NCBI GenBank assembly: GCA_977018835.1
Contig: OZ361260.1
Span: 2,666,001-2,730,000, forward strand
From: Minutocellus sp. GHC0000111
Taxonomy: Eukaryota
Direction: 5' to 3'
DNA length: 64,000 nucleotides
Shown: positions 11,252-23,872 of the stretch, piece by piece
Layout of the letters: every line of letters starts with the position of its first letter
Numbering within the stretch: position 1 is the stretch's first letter
Translations under genes and position numbers: made by a program
The notes under the pieces: model-generated
Told to the model about the DNA's origin: nothing
Databases searched by the model: none
Seen by the model: the letters and a program-made list of their open reading frames with translations, nothing else

Positions 11252-11648
11252 AGAAAAGGGGTGTTGAATGAGAAGAGAGACATCAAGTGGAGAGATAACT
11301 GAAGCGAGATTGTCAAAGTAACAGTACCCTACATGTATGCCACATAAAAATTATGTCTTTTCAAGAGACAAGAAGCGGAGAGATAACTGAAGCAAGATTG
11401 TCAAAGGCAGTACGTAGTAATGTTACCCTATTTCAATACCATCTATCAATGACGTACTAGTAGGATTTAAAAGGTCCGTCAAATCAATTATCCAAAATTT
11501 TGGTAGGGTCAATGCACTTGCATGGCCCATGCATGGTATCAGACGCCGGTCAGATGGAGACATTTGACCAATCGTTTCCGTTCTCCGCTGATCTCATGAC
11601 TACCCTACCATGGTGATATATGCTTTTTGGACGGTGGTTTGTACGATA

Positions 11649-12836
11649 TCATACCAGTCCACCCTCGATCTCGTCGTTATCGAACCGATCGGCACCTGTG
11701 GAGTCGTCACCTCCGTCTATATCTCCGCCATCTCCCTCGGGTATCAGAGTTTCCCTCGCATCATCCTGCTGGCCGCCGCTCCCGCTTCCTGCCCTTGCTC
11801 CTCCTCCCTTGGAACCAAACAGGCACAACAACAACGCCTGCATCAGGCCAAAGCCAAGTCCGACGCCATTCGGCACATATATAAAGGGATCCTCGACGGC
11901 AAATCCATACGCCAACCAAAAGAAGCTGTTCAGGCAAGTCATGGCCGTGGTAGGACGATGGATCGATGCCGAACTCTGTGTGCGACACACTTCCACCATG
12001 GTGGTCAGGGGTGCAAAGTAAAAAAGCACAGGTTGATGTTGACTACGTAGCCAACAATTTGTTCTCGCTGATAGTTGGTCAATGATTGGATGTGGGCCAC
12101 CGCGCTGCACACCGCCACCCAAAAGAGGAGGACCCACAACACCTTGCGTTCGTGCGGTACCGTCGATGACACGGTTTCAATCGCCTCCACGCCGTGCTCA
12201 TAACTATTTTGATCATGTCCACCATTTGCTGTTGGTTGCGATGGAAATATCCTTCCATCGTTCGATGCATCATTTCCAACAAGCCGTCGATGATGCCGTC
12301 GCAACAACCTTGTTTGCTGCTCGCAATGCATGTAGGTAGTCCGATATTGCAATTTGATGGCCCCAAAGTTGAGCCACATACTCACCAGGAGACCGGGGAC
12401 GTTGGCAAACAGCACAAACAAATCCTTGGTGAGGTACGAGTAGGCGATCCACCCTACAGCACATGGCATGACATGTACGTAGCAACACAAAGAAGGAAAT
12501 TAAATCGGTTGGGTGTTAATACCATGGTAAGAGCGGTGCTATGCTGTGCGGTTTTGAAAATGAACGATCATTTCTTTGACAAATATTTTGCATCTATCCA
12601 TCCAAATTAAATTGCAACACCACAAACATGCAAGTCACAGCCCCTTCTCACACCTACTCACCTGCACAGTTGCCCGTCATGACGGCCCACGGGGTGGGGT
12701 TGAGCTGGCCCAGCGATCCTTTGGACAGTCGTTCTCTCAGGGATTGCAAAGGCGCCGCAAAGGTCAGGGTGGCCAGTATCACCCCCAGGGAGGGACAGAG
12801 CAGGTCCAATACGATGTATTCGGCGGAGGGTGCCAT
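11649..12836 (-). CDS. SWEET: SWEET (MtN3/saliva) sugar transporter; exons 12836-12662 and 12453-11649
   Basis: FAAPL ... GSLGQLNPTPW ... NCA|GWIAYS across a GT-AG intron (12661-12454). Second repeat YFAPLTT ... WLAYG ... DPFIYVPNGVG. One missing base in the A6 run at 12020-12025 breaks the frame. Confidence 0.9.
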
Positions 12837-13129
12837 CGTGCGTGGTAGTACTACGTAGTAGCAGAGCGCTGAGCAACGAAGCTCGCCTTTGTGGGAGGCA
12901 GTGTTGGATGAGGCTGGGTGTTGACTGTTCCTTTGACTGGCGATGGCGCGGGAAAGATACGGCGGGCGCGGTTTGAGTCGAACGAGTCAAGATGCCTTCC
13001 AGCTCAGCGCACGAAGCCGACATCGACAGCACGCATGCTGACGGTCAGTCCACATCCCAAAGGCAACTCGTCCGCCGCTGGCTCTCTCCTTGCTTGACTT
13101 GATTGTACGCGCAGTGCCGTGTTGAAAAA

Positions 13130-14681
13130 ATGCTGTCGGCGGCTACCAATACCGGGGCAAGGGCCCTCGCCGCCCGTCGGCTGGCGGTGTCTTCTGTATC
13201 TTCTGCCAATTCCGCACAACCGACCAGCTGCACATCGAGCACTGCATCCAGCCCTCATTCTTCCTGCATGCATTACATGTACTCCACCTCCACGTCCGCC
13301 CTGTACTCGTTCGATCGCACCACCTCCGGCTCGCCTTTTTCCATGTCCACCGGTGGTTCCAGCGGCGGAGGCGGAGGAGACGGCACCGGTGCCTTCGAGG
13401 TCAGCCGCTGGCCCCTCACCAAATCCAACACGATACTCAACATTGTACCGCAGGGCAAGCGTTTTATTGTGGAGAGATTTGGCAAATTGAGTGCCATTCA
13501 CGACAGCGGGTATTTCTTTGCCATCCCGTTCGTGGACAACATTGGTGAGTGGTAGCTATGTAGTTTGAATTGAGTGTTTAGTTGTGTCGGCATCTTCCTG
13601 AATAATATGGCCGAGCTGACTCATCGTCATCAACCTCTACATTTACCTTATGTTACATGTTTTTCTCCTCATTGTATTCCCGCCATACCATCAGCCTACG
13701 TCATCGACGTCCGCGAACGGGCCATCGACATCCCGCCCCAATCGGCCATCACCCGGGACAACGTCTCGGTCGAGGTCAGCGGCAACCTCTTTGTGCGGTT
13801 TGTCGATGCCGAAAAGGCCGCCTACGGGGCCCGCAATCCCCTCTACAGCGTAATGCAGCATGGTAAGCTGAATTTTTTTTTAATGTTTGATGTATCCTTC
13901 TTAATAGGCATGTACTAATTCATTTATTGAGGTACTTTGCAATATACTCAACCGCCATTACATGTAAACCATTTTATATTTTTGCTACGTAGCCCAATCG
14001 GCCATGCGATCCGCGATAGGTGAGATGGAGTTGGATGAGATACTGCACGGACGGGCTCGTTTGAATTCGCTCATCAAGGGAAGTCTGCAAGAAGCGGCGG
14101 TGCCGTGGGGTTTGGAGGTGCGACGATACGAGATTACCGAGATCACCCCCGACGAACAGATTCGGGTGGCCATGGACAAGCAGGCGGCCGCGGAACGAGA
14201 TCGCAGGGAACAAGTGCTGAGGGCGGAGGGTGACAAGCGTCGAGCCGAACTGACCTCCGAGGGCGTCAAGATCTCCCTAACAAACGAATCCGAGGGCATG
14301 CTCATCAAAATCCGGAACGAATCCGAGGCGCAAAAAATCAAGCTATTGCGAGAAGCCGAGGGTGAGGCCGAGGCCATGCGGATCAAGGCCACGGCACAGG
14401 CCGAGGCGATTGCCAGGGTGGCGGCGGAATTGGAAAAGGCCGGGGGGATGGACGCCGCCAAATTGGCACTGGCGAGCGAATACGTGGAGATGTACGGCGA
14501 GATGGGCAGCAAGAGCAATACCATGATTTTCAATGATCGGCCGGGCGATGTGGCCGGTCTGTTGGCCCAGGCGGCCGCTGCGGTTGGTGCCGTGCCAGCT
14601 GGCGGCGATGGTGCTGCCGCCAAGTTGGTGGGTCAGGGCAGCAAGGGTGGTGGCAGCAGTGAAGAGAGTGGTAGTCAATAA
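13130..14681 (+). CDS. STOML2: Stomatin-like protein 2 (SPFH/band 7, probably mitochondrial); exons 13130-13544, 13695-13862, 13993-14681
   Basis: IVPQG..FIVERFGK, PQSAITRDNV, AQSAMRSAIGEMELD, WGLEVRRYEI, QAAAERDRR. Two GT-AG introns restore the frame. N-terminus resembles a transit peptide. Confidence 0.9.
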
Positions 14682-14734
14682 GTTACTGTAGGTCGACGAC
14701 GCAGTTCGATTTGATTTAGCACTTGGCTAAATTC

Positions 14735-15527
14735 TCAGACACGCACGGCGCCCCCGTAGTCCGAAAAAAAAAAAAAAGAGGACTACGGGCCGCCGTAGTC
14801 CGAAAAAAAGAGGACTACGGGAGCACGACTTGCAATGGACAATAGCTTGGCCTCTACTCGGCCGATTGCGACAAATGAAAATGCGTTGGAAAGCTCTAAC
14901 AGAGTTTGACAAGACCTGTCTTTTAGCTGCGGTCGTGGCGATGATATTTGTCGCGAAAAATGGCCTATCAACTCACCCCATTTTTCGATAAATTTCGATT
15001 TGGGGTCAAAATTATGGATATAGAGGAATATCGACGCAAGCAAAGGCGGAGAAAGGCGGAGAAAGGCGGGAGCATTGTCTTTTGTCAATTACTGGGTGTG
15101 GATGGGGTTGGGTGGTGCGCGGTGTTCGTAGTTCATCAGATACACTGTGGTGAGACCAAAAGTCTCACTGCGGCGCCCGTAGTGAGACTTTTTGTCTCAC
15201 TACGGTAGCACGACTTGCAATGGACAATATCTCGGCCTCTACTCGGCCGATTACGACGAATGAACATGCGCTGTAAAGCTCTAAAAGAGCTTGATATGAT
15301 CGGCACATTGGTGGAAGTCCCGGCGATGACTTTCGCCATGGAAATTGGCGGTCAATCCACCCTATTTTACCGTAAATTCAAATTGAGGTCAAAATTAGGG
15401 GTTTCAGAAGAATATCGGCGCAAACAAAGGCCAAGAGTAGCAGAATGTAGGCTGGAGCCTTGCCTTTCGTGAAATGCTGGGTGGGGGGTGGGGTGGTTGC
15501 CGGGTGGTCTTCATAGCAATGTCAGAG
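14735..15527. repeat. Two diverged ~400-bp tandem units, each headed by twin hairpins
   Basis: Units start at ~14735 and ~15136 and share GCACGACTTGCAATGGACAATA..GGCCTCTACTCGGCCGATT and a G-rich tail. Two CCGTAGT...ACTACGG-type hairpins per unit. Confidence 0.9.
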
Positions 15528-15545
15528 AGGGGCAAATCAACCTGT

Positions 15546-15803
15546 AGAGAGAAGATGCAAGAGGCTCTAGACTTGAAACTTGTTGAAGAACAGAGTACTG
15601 CCGCAGATTATTTTGGGAGCAGTGCTGACGCTACAGCCTGCGGTCCATGCAACGTTGATGGTACCAGTGGTACTTGGGATCTACCTTGCATGGTCGATGG
15701 CAGCGCTGGCGACTATTGGCAGATCCAAGTTAAGTTGCCGAGAGAAGATTCAAGAGGCTCTAGACTTGAAACTTTTCGAAAACCAGAGTACTGCCGCAGA
15801 TTA
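15546..15803. repeat. ~63-bp direct repeat x2 (15546-15610, 15741-15803)
   Basis: AGAGAAGATkCAAGAGGCTCTAGACTTGAAACTT...CAGAGTACTGCCGCAGATTA occurs twice and translates as REKxQEALDLKLxExQSTAAD in both copies. Confidence 0.85.
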
Positions 15804-16096
15804 ACTGACGGACAGAGCAGTCGTCTTCTCTGGCACGCTTAGCCATGCTGTACGAATATAATGAAAGCTTTGTTGTTGCTTTGGAGTGGTCATTGATTCT
15901 AGGGGGCGGTGGAGCGGCGGTTTGATGATCCATGGGCGGTACCATGCCGTGCCTCACGTCTGGTGGCAAAATTGTCGCTTCAGGCTATAGGCTGAGATTG
16001 CTCTTCTCCTCTGGCCATCGTGTCGACTCACCACAGTTCTAGGCATACTGTTAGGGTTAGGATTGGGGCTAAACTTTGGCACATAATTGCTTTCGG

Positions 16097-18314
16097 TCAT
16101 TTGAAGAACATTCCATCGACTGGATCACTCAATGCCTCTCCTGCTGTAGCTCTCCGATTGGGATCAATCACCAGCAACGCATGCAGTAGTTCAATCAAGC
16201 CGGAATGACGATCATGGTCACAAACAACTGCTTCGATCGACTCCATCCTCCGTACATGATCATAGGAACTCGACGACAAGACGTCCCGACCCCGATGAAG
16301 ACCTCTGGAATTGAATACGTCGCCGTTAGCAGTTGCTCGGGATACCATTTCCCTTGGGAATGGTCCTACGGCACGCTCAATCAGCGCCAGATGCTCGGCA
16401 TTGTCGTGCGTGCCAAATAGTAGCTCGCCGATGTAGAGTTCGGCAATGATACACCCGGCGGACCATAAATCTGCCGGCATCGACCACGGGTGCAATCCGA
16501 GAATGACCTCCGGTGGTCGGTACTGGCGAGTACATATCGTGGATGACTTGTTCTCGTTGTCATACGTAGCGCCGCCAAAGTCGATGATCTTGATTCTTGT
16601 GCTAGCCGGAACCATCTGCATCGACCCGTCGTAATCGTCGCGATACTGGGCCTCCTCGGAGGTACACAGTAAGATGTTTTCTTCAAGGTAACAAAAAGAA
16701 GTCGGGAAAAGATGAAAAAGGACATGAATTAGTAAACAGTATGCTCTTCAGATGACGATATCAAGCACCATACTTTGATCTTTATTACAATCAGCTTTGC
16801 CAACAACCTGGTTTTAGATCGGTGTGGATCAATTGGAAGCTGTGCAGAAACTCCAAAGCCTCCAGCAGCTGCTGAGCAAAGTCACGGACGCAGTACAGCG
16901 GGAAGGGTCGATAATCGTACTTCTTGATGAAATCGTACAGACTCGGACCGAGGCATTCAAAGACCAAACAGTAGTGCTCGGTGGGCAGAGCGAAGCGATC
17001 GTACACGATGGAATGCAACGTCAGACCTCGTCCGCCGCGTCGGTTGACGTCCTGAAGGATGTCGGCCTCGATGAGGGCGCTGTCATAATATCGCTTGATG
17101 TTGCGCACGAGCTTGATGGCCACTCGATCGGTCCTTTGTCCGGTGGTGGGATCGACGTGCCCTTGCTTGGTATCAACGCATTCCACCACCCGTCCAAAGG
17201 TACCAAGTCCCACATCCTGGACGATGCGGTAGCGATCGGCCACCATGGTGCCTGGTCCGCCCTCGAAGTGACCGACGGTGTCATCCCGATCGGACGAATC
17301 ATCACCGACCGATGATGATGATGGTGACGACGACTTGGACCGGCGGTCCTTCTTCTTCTTTCTGTTGCTCTTCTGTTTTCTGCTGGACTTGCGGCTGCTG
17401 CGCTTCCGATCATCGTAGCTGGATCTTGATCTGGACCTGGATCGGCTGGATGACCTGGATCTGGATCTTCGATCACTGCCTCGTCGTCGTCTTCTGCGTT
17501 CCTTCGGGCTCTTCTTCTGTTTCCGTGAGCTTCGACGACTTCTGCCGTGGCTTCTATTTTGGCTTCGGCTGCTCCTACGGGAGGCTTCCTGCTGGACGGT
17601 AGACCAGGCCGAAGCCGAAGCCGAAGCTGCCGGTGCTGCAGGTGCCGATTGTGCAGCGGGCATCTCGGGTGCATATTCGCCCCCCGAGGAATAGTCACTG
17701 ACGACGGCTTGGAGCTGATGGTGATGGTGGTGGTGGTTGTGGTGGTGCTGTTGATGATCTTGGTGGTGATGATCTCGTCGTCGGTTATCTCCACCGTGCC
17801 GACCGCGGCTGTGACTTCTGCTCCTCCGATCTTCTTCCGCATATTGTCTCCTTCGGGAGGGTGGTGATTCCGATCGAGACCGGCGCCTATCTCTCCTCCT
17901 CCTCCGATCGTCGTCGTGACGATCTCGTGAGTACGATCTGCCATACCTTTTCGACCTGTAATAACCATCGTCATAACTCCGACTCCGCCGATATCTTCTC
18001 CTCCGATCATCTCGGCTTCGGCTTCGGCTCCTAATACTGCGACTTCTCCTCCGATCGCTCCGATAAGTGCCGCTCCTGTGATTCCGCGTCAGACTGCGCG
18101 ATCGGCGGCGGTAGTATTCGGCTTCCTTGTTGCGATAATCTTGTCCTCTGTGGCTAGCATTGTCGAAATATCGTCGTCGTTGGCGGGACCGCTTCCGATC
18201 GGACTTGCTGTTTCTGCGCCGGTCGCTTCTCCGATCTTGCTGGTACGAGCAATCATCGCGGCCTCGGTCGTAGTCTCGCCGGTCGGACTCGTAATCGCGC
18301 CGGCGATCGTCCAT
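16097..18314 (-). CDS. CLK: LAMMER/CLK dual-specificity kinase with RS-rich N-terminus; exons 18314-16808 and 16680-16097
   Basis: GLGTFGRV, VAIK, HTDLKP|ENILL across a GT-AG intron, DFGGAT, TRQYRPPEVILG, EHLALIER (LAMMER-like motif). Confidence 0.92.
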
Positions 18315-19414
18315 TGGAACTACCAATGCCGCAGATGCCAGAGGTCAGGCAATGATCAGCACAAGTTAAGTCCAATTCACTGCCACTCAATAAATGCGGG
18401 CCGAGGAAGGAGGAGGCCTTTCAATCTTGGCTGCCTTGGTGGGGTGGGTCCGTTTGGTTTTGCTTTCTTATTATTATTGGCAGCGTACAAGTGTATCTTT
18501 CGGAGAGAAATTTCCGGCACAACTTGTGCTGCAAATCAAAAAATATGTGCCTGAATTTACCGACGAACAAAGTAAATGCCAGGGATACGCAGCAAACAGA
18601 TAGATAGGCAGTGTTGAGCCCAACGTTGGGAGCAATCAATGCTTTGCGCGCCTTGCTCTGATGGCTTGGCGGTTGCGGGAGATGCGATCTGCCGCATTGG
18701 CGGGACCAGGCAGAAAACCAGCACGAGCCGGCCTTGCCGCCAAAAATGACATGCGCCAAAACGAACGCAAGTCAGCAAGGGAACGTGCTACCTCCCATCA
18801 ATTCGGCCGGAGAGGGCAGAATAACGATAGGCGGGCAGAGACCCTCCTTCCTTCTTCCGTAACCAATACAGTGGTGCTGATCTCCTCTAATTATTTGTGG
18901 AGTTGCTGGGCAAACACTTTATAATTTAATTTGCTCATACGAATAAAAAAGACGCGGCGGCGGCGAACGGACGGAACGAGCAACTTGAGTGAGACCTGCG
19001 CTTGCCGTGGGAGTCGATTGTCCATCACTTATTCCGACGGGAAGCTCTTCGTTGCAACTAGACTGGGAATTTCCCTCGTACGAGACCATCGAAGTCGGTA
19101 AATCAATTCACGCGTGTCTTTCTATCGGGATCGGTTCAGACGATACGGGGAGAGAGAGTTGCGTGAGGCAGAGATTCGCAAGACAAGAGGCGCGTGCGAC
19201 AGAAATTCAGAGAAGAGCTAGCTGGCCCGGCACTTGTTCATTTCGCCGTACCCCTTTGGCAGATATCGCCGATCGAGGTCTGCCACTACGGATAGATTTG
19301 GGATTAATCCCGCTCGGAAAATAAAAGGGACACTCATTGTTGGAGATCGGAGAAAAAGAAAAAACATTTTCTCGGAAATACCCGCCGCCCGTCACACAAT
19401 ACCGGCAATCAATC

Positions 19415-19864
19415 ATGAGCGCCTACCACAACCAGCTCCGGGATCTGTCCAACTTTTGCGCCGTCTACAGCATAACGGGCATACTCTTCATGCTTTGGGT
19501 GTGGCTGCTGACCACCCACCAACCATTCTTCGTCGGTGGAATCATGCACGACGTCGACACCTTCCGAAATTCCGCCCACGGGGCCATGTTTGCCTTCGTC
19601 GCTACCTTTGTGGCGTCCATGCTGTTTTTGTACTACGATGCCAACCGATACGAGGTCGATGCGCAAATAGCGGAGGCCATGATGAGCTCGCAGGGCAGCT
19701 CGCTCTTGTCGGGCCGGAGATTACGGACGGGATCACATGATTCCGGATCGGACGATGGGTCGTACGGGAGTGACGACGAGGCCGAGGGAATTGTGCGACA
19801 GCGTTCATTCGGTAGCTGTATAAGGCAACGAAATAATTGCTTCCCGGATAGGGACTTGACTTGA
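19415..19864 (+). CDS. Small two-TM protein resembling RNase K / V-ATPase subunit f family
   Basis: ATG at 19415. NFCAVYSITGILFMLWV ... QPFFV ... NSAHGAMFAFVATF, giving two hydrophobic helices. Confidence 0.5.
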   Translation: MSAYHNQLRDLSNFCAVYSITGILFMLWVWLLTTHQPFFVGGIMHDVDTFRNSAHGAMFAFVATFVASMLFLYYDANRYEVDAQIAEAMMSSQGSSLLSGRRLRTGSHDSGSDDGSYGSDDEAEGIVRQRSFGSCIRQRNNCFPDRDLT

Positions 19865-20041
19865 CGTGAGGATGGGAAAGAGGATGGGAAGGGTCAGTGC
19901 CAAATCACTAATTCATTTCGACTCGGTACATAGCTTAAATTGACACATATCATGCTAACAAATAGCTTGCTTCTGAAACAAAATTTTGAGCTAACTTATC
20001 AAACTCCATCCCTATGCTATTGCACATGTTGATGCTCAAGC

Positions 20042-21536
20042 TCATGCATCATCATCGGCCATCTCAAAGACGCCGCCTTCGCTGTCGTCCATGTCGCTCT
20101 CCTCTTCCCTTATTGTAGCGCAGAGGGTGGCGAGGGCATCGCAACTTGCTGATCGACGCTTGCCTTGGCAGCGGGCATCTTGTAGTGAGCCCTGGTAGGT
20201 GGAGCTCATGCACATAGACGATGTGCCAGCATCGTCTTGGAGCGATAATTCGCTAAAGTGGAAGCTATCGGACCGTCGTCGGGGGCTGGACGTCTTGGCC
20301 TCTTGGCGCTCAAGTTGATCGTGCCTGGCAACCATGGACTCGGGGAAGTAGCTGCGACTGCTATCGTAGCTCTTGCCCAGAGCAGCACTGCCCTTGACAG
20401 TTGAAAAGGGCGGGGCTGCCACCGACGCGGCCACGGTCTCAATTCGGTACTGTCGGAGCACATGTTGAGGTGGAGGTGTCTCAAAGGTGGTGCTGGACAG
20501 CGGGCTGCTGGTGCGATGAGATGGTGATACCAAGAGAGATTGCCCCGATGCGGGTGCACTGGTCGATAATTGGTTCGATATTTCACTGGGGATGCCAGTA
20601 CCAGTTGTGGAACTACTGGCCCCTGGACCTCCCCTCGGTGGTCTTGGTGGCGGCGGTGGCATCATTTGGGAGCTGGTACTGCGAGATAGTCCCCCCGCTG
20701 GCTTGGGAATTACCGGCATTGCTGATGGTGGATTGAAATCGGTCTGATCAAATGTTTTCATCTCATCAAACGACTTGGACTGTCGCATGCTGCTGGGTGC
20801 ATTTGCCGTGGACGTATCAAAGGAAAACGATACGCTCTTGGATATCTGCTGATCGATGGATCGTTTCTGAGCCTCCTGTTGCTGCTGTTGGATACGAGCT
20901 CGCCATTTCTCCGTCTTGGTAATGGCGTCGGTGGTAACCTTCTTCTGCTTGCACGTGCTGCTGCTTTCGGCAAAGGACTTGGCATGCCGGGCCATGAGGG
21001 AACACACTAAACAAACGTGCGGCTTGGCATTGGTCTTTTGCTGCTGCGCCGCCTGACGTGCCCTCACGTCGCGGCATCTCTTGTAGTGGTTCAAAAGTTT
21101 CCTGGCCGAGTCGCATCCCTTTACGGCACAGCCATATCCTCCACCCGGTGCTACCGAGCAGGTCTTGATGTGCAAAAGCAGTCGCTTGGTATCGGAACAG
21201 CCTCGATGTGGACATCGATCAGGACCAAGGCGGCAGCTCTGGGTATTGAGAACGAAGAATATGTGATATGTGTCGATGAGAAACGCTGAACGCTTAACCA
21301 TAAACTTTACGAAAAGGAAACATAAATGACAAATATGGTATTTCAATCTCCAAAAATTAATTCCAAGCATCTCAGAGAAAACTTACCTGCGCATGCAATA
21401 TCATCCATAGTGAGGCCGCCGCCTTCTTGGCCTTGAGAACGACCGCGCCGACGTCTTGTGGCTCGCCGCCACCAGCATCGAGCGCTGGGGGCGCGACGTT
21501 CTGCTGCTGCTCCACTTGTGTGTACGAGGATGACAT
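20042..21536 (-). CDS. TAZ-type zinc-finger protein; exons 21536-21387 and 21238-20042
   Basis: ILHAQ|SC....CPHRGC..TK.LLLHIKTC ... GC..GCDSARKLLNHYKRC ... CLVC. Phase-0 GT-AG intron. Confidence 0.8.
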
Positions 21537-22219
21537 TCTCTTTTGCTTTGCAAGCTGACTATTTTCCCTCTTAACCTCGGTGAATTTCGAGTTTAGTTCC
21601 CCATCGTCGGCGACCGACTGTTCTAGTATACTATTTCGAAGTGAGAAAGATACGTGATGTGCTGCTGATTTTGTGTTGTGGTTGTTGAAGGAACAAACAA
21701 TGCGCGATCAATGCCTACTTTCGTCTTCTTCTCCCAACTCTGTTCGATAGTAATCGGTCAAGCATGTATCTATGTGATGTGAAAATGAAAACTGGTGGAC
21801 GGCACAACAGGTGCTTTTTCTTGTTCTCGCTTTTGTGCTGCCGCCAAAGATTCGAGGCTTCCTCGTGGGAAATGGATGGCAGGCAGCAATAAGCGTTCGC
21901 AGAGCCAATCAATTATCGCGATGCTGCCAGCACACACGCACCACAAGCGCCGACGGTTTTTTCTGAAAATCACTGGTGGCGGCTGAAACGCATGTTGTGC
22001 CACTTGAAAAGCAGATTTTTCGCAGTCTTGTGCTCCCTCATAACCTGTTTTTGGAATCATAACCCGTTACCAACCATTTTCCGCAAACAGAAGAACACAA
22101 GTTGAAAGTAGCGTGCTACGGCAAGAACGCAAGCCTTTGCTGGTTATTGCGGCAGGAGAGAACAATCTGACACTGTTGACGACGCTGCATCACCCCATAA
22201 ATAAGTGTTTTTAATAACC

Positions 22220-23872
22220 ATGACGGACCCAAACAACAGCGGCAAGCCCAAGAGCACGGGAGGAATTGCATGGGGTGGCTCCCTCGTCGGTTCCACAAAC
22301 CCCAACAATCTGGGATATCGCTACACCACGGCAACCAAGCGCTACAAACGCTCCTCGGATGGATCAGACGATCCCGATGCCAATCTTCCAAGTTCGCTGG
22401 TCGTCCAATTCAACAACCGTGATGGCGACAGTGTCGGAAATCAGGTCGATCTGCCCATTCATTCCAATTGTGATGACATGGGAATGCTGGTCCATGCCCT
22501 GCTACATCCCGACGACGACGAGGAAACCAAGGACAAAAAGAATCAACTACGAACGCCGTATACATTTTATGCCAAGATCAAGCGCGAGGACGGCACCGAA
22601 GATGAGCTGGAGGTTACTTCCACTTTGGCCGAGCTGATCAAATCCAACAATATCAGTACCGAAGATGTGTTGGACTTGACGTACCACCCCTTGGCTGTGT
22701 ACAAGGTCCGACCGGTCACTCGTTGTACCGATACCATGCCCGGTCACACGGAAGCCATTCTGCACGTATCGTACAGTCCCGATGGGCGGCACTTGGCTTC
22801 CGGGGGTGGTGATACCACCGTGCGATTTTGGGATGTCAATACGTCAACGCCAAGACGTACCTGCACGGCCCACAAGGACCACGTTCTGTGTATCGCATGG
22901 TCACCGGATGGGAAGCGATTTGCTTCGGCTGATAAGCGCGGTGTGCTCATATTGTGGGATCCTCAGACGGGCAAGGCTTTGTCAACCATCAAGGCCCATT
23001 CCAAATGGATCACCAGCATGTCGTGGGAACCAATGCACAAGAATCAGGGCAAATGCGAGCGGATCGTTACCGCCAGCAAGGATGGGTTAGCCAAAATATG
23101 GAATGTCCGCACCAAGCGATGCGAGGCCACAATGGCCGGTCATGCCGATAGTGTGGAGGCCGTGCGATGGGGTGGCGAGGGTTTGATTTACACGGCGAGT
23201 CGCGATCGCTTGATCAAGGTATGGGCAGGTGATGGACCCACCACCAAGGATGTTGGCAAGCTCGTGCGGACGCTCAAGGGACATGCCCATCGCATCAACA
23301 CCCTGGCTCTATCAAGCGACTACGTTTGCAGAACTGGCCCGTACGACCATCGATGCAAGAAATTTGCCACCGACGAGGAGGCGTATCAGGCCGCCGTGGA
23401 AAAGTACGAGGCCTTCAAGGCATCGAAGGAACCGGAACGGCTAGTATCCGGAAGTGATGATTTTACCATCTACCTGTGGCACCCCACCGAGGGGAAGCAT
23501 CCCATCAAGCGAATGACGGGCCATCAGCAGGCCGTCAATCACATTGCGTTTTCGCCCGACGGACGATTCTTCGCCAGTGGTTCGTTCGATAAGAAGGTCA
23601 AAATCTGGTCTGGCAAAAGTGGAGACTTCATTAATACTCTCACCGGACATGTCGGAGCTGTGTATCAGGTGTGCTGGTCAAACGATTCTAGATATCTTGT
23701 CAGTGCCTCCAAGGATAGCACGGCCAAGCTGTGGGAGATTCCTTCTTGCCGAAGGGCGAAAGAGACCTTGCCTGGCCATCACGACGAGGTCTATGCTCTG
23801 GACTGGAGTCCCAATGGCAGCTGCGTCGCCACGGGAAGCAAGGACAGGACGATCAAAATCTGGAAACATTAA
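22220..23872 (+). CDS. NLE1: Notchless homolog / Rsa4 (NLE domain + WD40 repeats), 60S assembly factor
   Basis: YHPLAVYKVRPVTRC..TMPGHTEAIL, GHAHRINTLALSSDYVCRTG, ERLVSGSDDFT, RMTGHQQ, LPGHHDEVYALDWSP. Confidence 0.95.
   Translation: MTDPNNSGKPKSTGGIAWGGSLVGSTNPNNLGYRYTTATKRYKRSSDGSDDPDANLPSSLVVQFNNRDGDSVGNQVDLPIHSNCDDMGMLVHALLHPDDDEETKDKKNQLRTPYTFYAKIKREDGTEDELEVTSTLAELIKSNNISTEDVLDLTYHPLAVYKVRPVTRCTDTMPGHTEAILHVSYSPDGRHLASGGGDTTVRFWDVNTSTPRRTCTAHKDHVLCIAWSPDGKRFASADKRGVLILWDPQTGKALSTIKAHSKWITSMSWEPMHKNQGKCERIVTASKDGLAKIWNVRTKRCEATMAGHADSVEAVRWGGEGLIYTASRDRLIKVWAGDGPTTKDVGKLVRTLKGHAHRINTLALSSDYVCRTGPYDHRCKKFATDEEAYQAAVEKYEAFKASKEPERLVSGSDDFTIYLWHPTEGKHPIKRMTGHQQAVNHIAFSPDGRFFASGSFDKKVKIWSGKSGDFINTLTGHVGAVYQVCWSNDSRYLVSASKDSTAKLWEIPSCRRAKETLPGHHDEVYALDWSPNGSCVATGSKDRTIKIWKH

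Noticed and set aside
11275..11410. ~29-bp direct repeat GGAGAGATAACTGAAGCrAGATTGTCAAAG x2
   Set aside because: Simple local 3'-UTR duplication with no further structure.
12020..12025. Frameshifts in SWEET (also HA paralog 4 at 9239-9242, transposases at ~38624 and 51010-51012, EF-hand at ~60263, PSI-like gene at 61187-61193) as programmed frameshifting or pseudogenisation
   Set aside because: Each is fixed by adding one base to a homopolymer run and the flanking frames are stop-free. This is the typical long-read consensus error; short-read polishing would decide.
14735..15527. Fanzor/TnpB omega-RNA locus
   Set aside because: No RuvC-like ORF is recognisable nearby; hairpins alone are insufficient.
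17021..18010. Long alternative-frame and antisense ORFs (e.g. 17021-18010, 53478-54530, 5521-6192)
   Set aside because: Shadows of low-complexity or codon-biased real genes.
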